From: Phoronis australis
Lineage: Eukaryota; Animalia; Phoronida
DNA length: 64,000 nucleotides
Reading direction: 5' to 3'
Assembly: GCA_002633005.1 (NCBI GenBank)
Contig: NMRA01000151.1
Span: 349,337-413,336, forward strand
Shown here: positions 51,101 to 61,058 of the stretch, piece after piece
Layout: each line of letters starts with the position of its first letter
How positions within the stretch are numbered: the first letter of the stretch is position 1
Made by a program: the position numbers and the translations under genes
Notes under the pieces: generated by a model
What the model was told of the DNA's origin: nothing
What the model saw: only the letters and a program-made list of their open reading frames with translations
The model's database searches: none

Positions 51101-53344
51101 CCTCTAGAGTGAAACTTTCAATCCAAATTAAACTCGAAATTGTTTTTGTCACTTCTAGTCCACATCTTGGGAGATCAAGATAGTACTTAATAACCAATAG
51201 ATTCGAGCTAAAATTTTGAGAAAAAATTCAAGATATCTAGCAAAATCTCTTACTCGATCTCTTAGCTCTAATGCTGGGATCAATAATTGCCATCAATAAG
51301 CACATAGAGTAAAAGAAAATTATCTCAAGTTCATAGAAAATAACAAAAATAATTCTGAGTAAAAAGTTGAAACTCAGGGCCCAGGTTTTAATTTCATAAT
51401 GGTTTATGCTTCACAAGGCAGGGAGTGTGCAACTTGAATGGCAGTCGGGTCTTCAGTAACCTATTTCCATAACAACACTGGTGTAGTGAGAATTATTCAA
51501 GAGGTTAGGACCTAGCTAAAACCTAGTCAAAGTCACTGTTCTCATTTAAAATACACGGCAATATCTCACGTAATCTCGTGAAGTCTTGCTTTTTAGCGAG
51601 GTCCTAGTGCTACTGAACGGGAGGCAGGTTTTTAAAGTTCGCTTGCTTACAATGTCTAAGTCCAGGATGCTTTGATTACAGCGAACCTTAGTCGTTTCAG
51701 TATGTTTTAGAATGTTCTGAGATCTCGTTTTACAATTAGACTGATATTAATAGATGATTGTTGCAAACTCTACAACACTTGACATCACGTGAACGTGGAA
51801 AGAAAAAATGAAACAATCAACCAGTCGGGGTCCAGGAGAGAGGAGACTTGCATAGATTTCATATGACCAAATGTGACACTCTGACCAGTGACTCGGGAAT
51901 TGCAAAAGTCACCATGAAAGGGTGAATTTCCAAATAAATTCCACACAAAAATATTTACTTTTTGGTCTGAACAAAATGATCCATTTTAGCACCAAAACCA
52001 CTAAAGGTTTCATATGCAACTGAGGTTTGTTGTTTTAAAAAGAATACAGCCCAGAGAGCTTTTTGCTGAAATTCAATTCCCTGTAAATAATAACTTTGCA
52101 TATTTATGTTATCAGAAAAGTTGATTCTTCCATTGAGGCTCTCACCAAAATGGGTCAGTTTTAATCACTGTGTCACTGAGGTTTTATCTTGCTGACTGTA
52201 CAAAAGAGTGCGTTTAATCCTAATTTCACAGCAACAAACACCCTCTGAAATAATTGAATACTCTATACGAATGTAGGATGGCAGTCAGAGACACAGAGGC
52301 ACTGCTGAATGGCACCGACAAAAGCGATGTCAGTCATTATAAAACTATTGCTAGACTGGTTAATGTTTGATTGTTTAGGACCATTGACTGTATTTTTATG
52401 CTCCTAACTTCTGTGGGTAGTGACAAGTGTGCCAGTGTACTATACATTACAATGACAATGTCAATGTCATGGATAGCAGTATTTCAGCACATATCCTTAT
52501 CTGACCCAATAATTCAACCATCACGGTAATCACGGGAGCTTACATAACGTACATGAACATGTTAACATACGAGAGGGTGTGCCCTGAAAAGATCGAGGCA
52601 ATCTCCCGTGGCCACGACGCACTTAGCTACTCCTTTCCCGCTATTCGGTGCTATAGTGTGCCGAAAATGATTGTTGTTGTGTATGGCCTAATCCCCTAAT
52701 CAGCCTATCTCTTCCACAAATTATTTCGTAAAAATCACATCACTTCAGAGTACAGCATAGTATACAAGATAATAATTATCATTAAATGTTTCGTATACGT
52801 TACTGCTGATGTATTCCTTGACTCGTTAGCTTTGAAATGCTGGAGTTAGACGAGAACAGGGAGATTTAAACAGCTATAAATCCACTGACATTCTTCTCGT
52901 ACTGGAAGTCGCCATGTTGGTGAACTAGTTTGACCTATTATTCAACTGACCAATAGAAGCCTTGTTTCTTAAAATAGGAACAGCCAATGATATTTCAAGA
53001 ATGCATATGGAAAAGTGCGCTGTAGCAGACCCCCAACCAACCTCGAGGGTCTGTGTAGGAGACTACATTTGCATATGTTAGTGACATCTGTTGGTTCAAT
53101 AAAGAGGCTCATGCCTGGGAAGAGGCATCTTTTGGAAGGGTAAAGCATGTCACGTTCAAAGCATCCCAGTGCCAGTAATATGCAGTCTTTGAGGACCAAA
53201 GTGGTGTCATTTTATAGCTAAAGAGTTAATCTTTCAAACATGATGATTGGATTCCAGATAACTCGAACATTTACTTTTAAAATCACGTTTGAAATCACGT
53301 TAAAATGCGCTAAAACAGTTGTCCCTTCCTGGTTATCTCTTCCT

Positions 53345-55545
53345 GGTAGTATGAAAGACGGAACTTCGCCAGGATGTGATAAAATTAGCATTGAGTTCTA
53401 CAAGTATGTTGATAAAAAGTTGGTAGATTCGCTGTTCCAGCTATACAACTACTTTTTTAAAAATAGCCTGTTTCCAAAAGAATGGACAAAATCCATTATA
53501 GCACCGATATTTAAGGGTGGTACCAAAATTCATGAAAATTTCAGAGGAATATCCCTCATGCAAGTCACAGCAAAAATATTCGAAAAAATATTGTGCCAGA
53601 GACTTCAAAAATGGTCGGAAAGAGAAAACGTAATTAGTATGTCTCAAGCTGCGTTTAGGAAAGGGCACAGTACGGTGGATCACATGTTTGCTTTATATAC
53701 GTTAATAATTAAATATTGGACACGAGAGAAAGGTAGATTCTATTGTGCTTTCGTGGATTTTAAGGCAGCTTATGACAGTATATATAGAAGCGCATTGTAT
53801 TTTAAATTAAGAAACAATCGCATAGAACGTAAGATGCATAAGATAATCAAAGCAATGTACGCTGAAGTAAAAGCGTTCGTGAGACTGAGTAACGGAAGCT
53901 ACACGGAGTTCTTTGATTGTCATAATGATCTAAAACAAGGCTCTCAGCTATCACCGATTTTGTTTTAACGATCTCGAACAAGGCCCTCTATATTAATATA
54001 GGAGGCACGCTCTTCGGCCGCCTTTCGGCGGGGCCCTCCTATATTAATACAGAGGGCCCGCTCTTCGGCCGCCTTTCGGCGGGGCCCCTCTATATTAACA
54101 TAGGAGGACTCGCTTTTTAGGCCCAAAATTCAATTTTCTGCCTTTGTCATTTTAATAAGAATAAGTCATATTAAATAATAAGCTGTTAAACGATCTCGAA
54201 CAAGAATTAGAATCCGGTGGCGGTGAAAAAAATTCCATGGGATCAGCTGAATGGTTGCTGATGATTTGGTTTTATTTTCTTATAGTGTGAAAGGACTTCA
54301 GAAAAAATTGAACATTTTATATGAGTATATAGTCAAAAATGGAAATTGGTTGTTAACATGTCGAAGACTAAGATAATTGTTTTCAGAAAAGGTGGAATGT
54401 TACGAGCGTATGAAAAATGGACGTATGATGGGAATACTGTTAATATTGTAAATGCATATAAATATCTAGGATTAATGTTTACTACGAAAGGTTCGTGGTC
54501 TTGCACACAGAAAACTCTATCATTACAAGCTACTAAGGCAGTGAATTTAATGAGAAAAAATGTCAATGGTTTTAATGCACTCCCTGTTAAAGTTAGTTTA
54601 AAATTATTTGATTGTAAAATATTGCCGATACTTCATTATGGCTGTGAGATCTGGGGTTTTAGTGATTGCGAATGTATTGAAATAGTGCTCACAAAATTTT
54701 GTAAAGAAATTTTAAATTTGCCTAGCACGGCAGTTTCATCGACTGTTAGAGGTGAGATGGGTCGTTACTCCTTTATTGCTTACCGACTTCCTAGAATTAT
54801 GAAATATTGGTTAAAACTATTAAAAACCGATGAGTCAAAAATTACATATCATTGCTATGAAGGGCAGTACAATATGATGAAAAATGTAAATAAACCGTGC
54901 TGGGTTAATGATGTTAAGAAATTGCCATTTCAGTTTGGTTTTGGAGATGCATGGTATAATCAGGGTGTAGGTTCCGAGACAAGCTTCATATCACTTTTTA
55001 AACAAAGATGCAAAGATATTGAGCGGCAAAAATGGCAAGATATTTTGAACAATTCGATTAAGGTGGAAACTTACAGAACTTTTAAGTTAAATATATGTTT
55101 TGAAAACTATTTAGCTGTAATTGACAATGTAAATGTTAGATCTGATATGGTAAGATTAAGATGTTCAGCGCATGCACTAATGATTGAAAAGGGTAGACAC
55201 TTGAAACTTAGCAGAACAGAAAGGTTATGCCCTCTCTGTGTTAGGACATATGTCGAGTCAGAATATCATTTTGTTATCGAATGCCCATTCTACGATGACC
55301 TTAGGAAACGATATTTGCCTGCATGGAGCTACAATCCCAAAGTTACAAAATTCAACAGACTCATGACTATAGAGAAAAAAGATCTTACATGGTCAAAATG
55401 TAAATATGTTCATTTCGCATTCAAGCGAAGAAGAATTCGGTTTACTTCTAGTGTTTGACACTTACCTTTATTGTATTTGATGATTTGATTGTAACAAGGG
55501 CCGGAGGCCTAGTTATTGAATAAATATATATATGTATATATATGT
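53345..55545 (+). mobile_element. 5'-truncated copy of the same LINE family as 12290-16585, interrupted by a 206-bp insertion
   Basis: Colinear with 14595-16585. RT segment at 53350-53968 and an open 370-aa C-terminal segment at 54346-55458 (IVFRKGG, YKYLG, RLCPLC..ESEYHF..ECP.Y). AATAAA at 55519 followed by a (TA)n tail. Confidence 0.92.
53983..54188. mobile_element. 206-bp insertion made of ~50-bp hairpin-rich tandem units, flanked by a 16-bp direct repeat
   Basis: AACGATCTCGAACAAG occurs at 53967-53982 and 54189-54204; about 2.6 units of ggccctctatattaatataggaggcacgctcttcggccgcctttcggcgg lie between. Confidence 0.8.
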
Positions 55546-56159
55546 AACCTTCAATTACCTTGAAAGTTTTTCACTGTAGAAACCAGACTGAAACCACTTC
55601 ATTTTAATTTGAATTGTGGATTAAATCATAATCGTCCTCTGGTTTGTTCTTTCATTTTTATTTTTCAGTAACCAAAGCATGATAGATTTAGCTTGCCATA
55701 ATGAACGCCTGAATGTTTACTGGCATCTTCGGGTAATATTCCTTGATGTCTTGGGGTTATTATTAGTTCAATAGATTAACACATGACTTTAAAAACCAAG
55801 TTCAGAAGACTTCCAATTCAAGTGTTCTTGAGATTGCCTCCTCCACTCAAATTTCAATTATATATGTGGTAAAATTAAAAGGCGACATCCTTCCTACCTA
55901 CTGCTGAAAATGAAAAGAATGAAAACTAATATTTTGTATTAGGCTTTTATCTGTGGTACACTGGTCTTAACATCTCGTTGGCAATAAAACAATTTAGTTA
56001 TGCCAACAAATTTTATCATATGAAGCATGCAAAATTTTGCAGGGTTGACTGCCTATAATCATTGGAATACACAACTGTCTGCCTGATCTGACATCACAGA
56101 AGGTTATGTAACCTCATTTGCGTGTTTTCAGAGTTGACTCGGCTGAAGTCGGATGTCAT

Positions 56160-56795
56160 TACTGCTGGGCTTTGGCAATTTTAGTTTTTTACGTTTAGCT
56201 CAGTAACTTCAAAGTCCTCAACAGATTTTCATAGAATTTTAAATATTGGCATCCATTAGTGTGATGACACTATCTTCCTGTTTTGGATGGAATCGAGGTA
56301 TTTTGCAACACCTAGTGACCATTTTTTTCAAATCTTGTTTTTGGTGTCCAGCCGTGTATCAACCAAATCATTTACAAATTGGCATATATGTTCTCAGTGT
56401 GAAGACGACCTTTGATGATGGTGACTGACTACTGTTGCGCCTCCTAGTGGTAGTTTTGTTTTGCACTCATATTTGTATCTCCTAAACCCACTGCAGGATC
56501 TTTATTAAATTTAGTAAGTGTATTTATATGAAGATAACGGACGATGATAACGACTTTCAGGCGGATCCAACGGACACTGTGCCCACTAGTGGCTATTTCA
56601 CTTTATTCTGTTTTCCTTTGTTTCTCTGAAGTTCCTTGACAGATTTTTATGAAATATGGCATTTTCCTGTTTTTGGATGGATTGTATGTTTTTGCGCCAT
56701 CTAGGCCAATTGTATGATACAAATAAATAACCCTAAAAGCACACCATTTGCAATGCATTCGTGGGCGCATTTCAACGCTCCGCGTTAATCTTGTT
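56160..56795 (-). mobile_element. Possible Helentron/HINE-like non-autonomous element
   Basis: Minus strand begins AACAAGATTAACGCGGAGCGTTGAAATGCGCCC. Internal diverged repeats include ttcctgtttttggatgga twice and gcgcc..ctagtgg-like motifs. Confidence 0.4.
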
Positions 56796-57177
56796 ATTAA
56801 TAGTAGTAATATCCTCGAAACTAAACTGTTTTCGAATCAAAATATATCATTTTTGCAGTAATTTAGACCTAAATTGATGCAAAACATCGTCAGTTTTATT
56901 TTTTTTATTGTACTGGTCGTCGTATTCAGACGAGTTCAGTAAAACAGTGTCAGAATTCTGACACATTTGATTTCCAAGCCTCAAATGGCAAAACCGATCA
57001 GCGTCATCTTAAGGGGACGAGGCTGGTAGCAGGTGAGCATCTTTTTAGCTAGAATACATCTGTTAATTGATAAAGGTAATGAATTGTGTTACATATATTT
57101 GTAACGGGTTTGTTTGCCCTTGTCTACCAGTGAGAAAGAAAAATTCACATGAAATCGTTCTAACGTTTCAACTTCAG

Positions 57178-57486
57178 TCGGACCACAAGACGCCACCCTA
57201 ACAAGCAGCAGCGGCCTCTGGAAATTTGAAATCGGGTCAAAAGTCAACTTGACATGTAAATGCACAAGCACGAACCCCACTCCTTCAATCACGTTGATCG
57301 CCCGAGGTGTTGCCTTTGAATATGTGGGAGAAGAAAAACAAGCGGGATTCAACAATGGAATAGTGCTATCAAAGACATTCACCTTCGTTGCCAGTAGGCC
57401 CTACAATCTAAAACTTGTTAAATGCCTAGTGACCAACCCACACACCAATTGGGACAGCTCTGCGAGAAAAACGATTTGGGTTTACG
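57178..57486 (+). CDS. Ig-superfamily gene, exon G (Ig-like domain)
   Basis: Acceptor caacttcag|TC, donor TACG|gtaagc; 309 nt, phase 1/1. GP start; VNLTCKCTSTNPTPSIT...FTFVASRPYNLKLVKCLVTN...IWVY. Membership in the same gene across a 28-kb intron is inferred from strand, phase and domain type. Confidence 0.82.
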
Positions 57487-58808
57487 GTAAGCGTTTTGGT
57501 TTTGTTCCTGTTGAACTGAAATTGAAAGGTTTACAAACAAGACTGGGTCTCTTTCAGCTTGAAAGCCAAGGGCTCAAAGCCAAGATAATTTGCTACCTTT
57601 TTACCAAGCACCAAATTTTCTCCAATGTTCTGCAACTTTTCACGAATCAAAACACATTCTAGCACTTTCCGAAATTTGCCGAATAAATCTGCAAACACAT
57701 ACTAGGCTGCATAATGTTCAATTCTATGTATGATTCAGTAATATACAGGGACTTTTATGCGCAACCAATCAAAACATTACTTCTGAAAGGGGGCTTGACT
57801 AAACCATGAATTCTCCCGAGATAACGTTCTAAACAAAATATACATGAAGGTGTCACAATATCAGATCAAAACACCACCTGTAGGATATCTTCTAAGATAT
57901 TAAACTGATGCAGTGGCTGCATTTACAGTGCTTAAAAAGAGGTACATGTATGTGCCGCCGCCAAAATGCATTACTTGCCAGAAAACGATGTGTGAGGTTA
58001 CAACCAACAGCCAACCGTACAAAGAAAAGGAAACACGAAAACTTTTCAACTTCGAAACTACGATTAAAAATCTAGTGTTTCGGAAATAGAAAAATTCATT
58101 TTTTGCTTAAAGTCTGAGCTTGCCTCTTATTTTGGAAAATGTGAACTCATTTGGTCGACCTAATCTCAAAGACACTGGCGTTTGTTTGTAACTAAGGTGC
58201 ACGTGATCAGTACTAAGCGTTCAACCCTATTTTTAGGCTATGTAATAGGAAAATGCGATATTTGGAATTTGAGCCATATAAAAAGGCAAAAATGTTCCGT
58301 GCTCCAAATTTCACAAACATGAAATTCATCTTAAGCTCAGATTTTGGTGCCCCAAATTTTTGGAGACTCCCGAACTGGAAAATTTTAACGCACACTGGAA
58401 AATATTTATCCTTCCAATTATACCCCCTATACAAGAGGTCACGTTGGAATAAACTTTTGCGGTACGGTAAACGTTTTCCGTTGAAAAACATACACTATTG
58501 CCAAAGTGACATTCTTTTATTTCTAGTACAGTGTTAAAGATGCTCAATAAGTTGACATGTGTTCTTTAGTTGCACAGTGATGGTATGATGATCATCTTTC
58601 TAAGGTTTATTTTTGATGACAACTTTTGACAAAATAAATTTACACAACCTGATAAAATAACCCAAAGCAGAAACAAGATTTTTCCTATAAAATTGGCCAT
58701 GTGCCAATGCTGATACAGTTGGGGTACAATGGTATAGATTTATATGTCACTCACAGAGGTCTTGTCATGTCATCAGCGTAAGCGATAGTGAAGAAATCGA
58801 CGTTCAGT

Positions 58809-58923
58809 GTTCCGGAACTCACATTTGATCGTGAAGAGGCGGAGACCAATTTATTAATTCATGCTCCTCATGCAGCAGGCAGCCACTCTTAAGTTGTCTT
58901 CAACAACCCGGACACAGATGGTT
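58809..58923 (+). pseudogene. XPG-like nuclease motif relic of an Academ-type transposase
   Basis: VPELTFDREEAETNLLIHAPHAAGSHS*VVFNNPDTDG matches the HEEADT.L.LHA..AA....V.I.S.DTDV pattern and contains an in-frame stop. Confidence 0.65.
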
Positions 58924-61058
58924 TTTTGTTTGGCCCATTCAACAAGCATTTTGTGCTCCACTCAAAATGTTAACAGGAATAGTCTAGGACTCCAGAATAA
59001 ATAAAAACGTTCCCACAATGAATGTTTGGACTTTTTGAGGTTTTACACCCTGTATAACAATTTTATAACGTCAAATGTAATCAAAGAAACACTTATTTTG
59101 GCGAATATTTGGGAAATTTTGATTTTAAATAAAAAATGATTTTTTGGTTTCACGACACGTGGAGTCATCAGTGGAAGACGTTGATTAGTTTACAGCATAT
59201 ATGCAATGGCGGATAGTAGAGATTTTATAAGTCAGGAAGACTAAAAGAGCTACTTTGACGAGTATTTCTTAAATAGGAGCGGAGAGGACTCCCAGGCCAT
59301 AAGTGAAACAGACAATAAATTAGACCCTGCCTGATCGTTAAACTTTCTGGATTTGACGCCATATGAACTCAACCCTCTCGCACCGAGATCTTCGGCGAGT
59401 AAACCCGACTCGGAACCTACCAAATCTGCGTAAAGTCCTGGTTTCAGAGATGACATTTTTGGGTGGTAGTTAAAGTCTCATAACGTGTAATATGCATATT
59501 TCTGGAACTGTAAATCTGTGGCCAAAGATTTTACCCTGAGTGTCAAGGCCAAGTCGCGAATGTAGCGGCCATTGGATTTCACTTAGTCGAATGCCGAGTG
59601 CGTTTGTCAGGAACGATGATATCTAATTATTGTGATGTATGCTAATTGTATTTTATTTCTGGTTAATGGTACTGGGTTCTGTCTTGTATGTTCCAAATTT
59701 CTGAAAGCTTTGTACTGTTGTGATTCGTCGACTATTTCGGTAGAGTGCCCGATTACTGCCTCTGTGCCGGGTTCGGTCGTGACCTCAAACTATTTGCGTG
59801 GCATCTACATTCTATTTTCGACTGTTGGGCATTTACGGATATGTTGATAGCATGCATTCCCGCGAAATCTCGAACAAGAATAGACTGACGCAAACTTCAT
59901 TATCTCAGTCACAATTTGATGCTGAGGCTAATTACTCAATATGTGCTTGACAACCACGGTCCACAACACAATACATCGTTTTTGTCCATCATCACTGATC
60001 AAATGCACTCACAGGTTTGAGAAGACATCATTACCTCCGTTACTGCGAAGCAAGATTCTTCAAAATGGCCTGATCACAGCGTGGCTCTGCCGTGTACTGC
60101 AATGCGGCCGTGTTCGACGTACGAACCTGAGCCCTTTCTGGGAGTTGTTAAGATCTTTTGGGAACATATAAACTGAAATGTTGTTTGCTTGATTGTTGTT
60201 ACCCTACATCCTTCACACACGCAACGTTTTGTAATACTCGTCTCAAGCTCTGTTTCAAGCAACATTCGATTCTTTTTGGCTACTCCGGCTTATGACTGGT
60301 GTAGAACAACACTGCGGCCGAGGCAACAGCAGGATTAGTGACGTCACACACATTTTCATTTTTTAAAACTTTGCGTTCATTTCTTTATTAAAAATACACA
60401 AATTGAAGAAGAAATATCAAAATTGTTGGTAATCGAATCCAAGCATCCATGACCATGGTGTGAAGGGTTTACTCATGGCTCAAACACTGCTTGTTCTACA
60501 AAAAATTACAGGAACGGTGACTCAATTAGTTCCTTTCAAATACATTGAGTTTTTAGACCAATGAGTTGTTTTATTTAGCTGTTACAGATTTCAAGAAATT
60601 TTGAACTTACCGTAGCCTAAAAGGTTCGGAAGGCCAACTTATCGATGTTGGTCGCGCTAAGTTTGGAGTCCGTTTGGTGATAAATTAGAATTATTCTTCC
60701 GTGAAATACAGACAGGAGAGCATAGGCTTGCGTTGTGCTTTTAGACTTACGAATTTTTTCAGTTCTAAACACAAAAACGCTCGTTATAACCCAGTGGCTC
60801 GGAACCGTATCAAGACCGTCGCGGCCCGGGGACATTACGAACATAAAACAGCTGGGTTAGTTGGCTGCGAAAGTTGAAAACTAAACTTCCAGTCAAAAAA
60901 CGACCAGAGTACTGAACCAAAGAAATAATAGTGCTCGTAAATATTTTCGTGAATACGCCACAAAATTATAAATCTATACTTGCTCGTCGAGGGTCGTGAA
61001 GCCAGGTTCACCATCCACAAAACCGTACAGGGAAAAGGTGTAGAATAACAATGATTTG

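Noticed and set aside
4719-57486. Dscam-style mutually exclusive exon arrays or RAG-type recombination signals around the Ig exons
   Set aside because: The exons are dissimilar consecutive domains rather than clusters of near-duplicate alternatives, and I saw no heptamer/nonamer pairs flanking them (checked by eye only).
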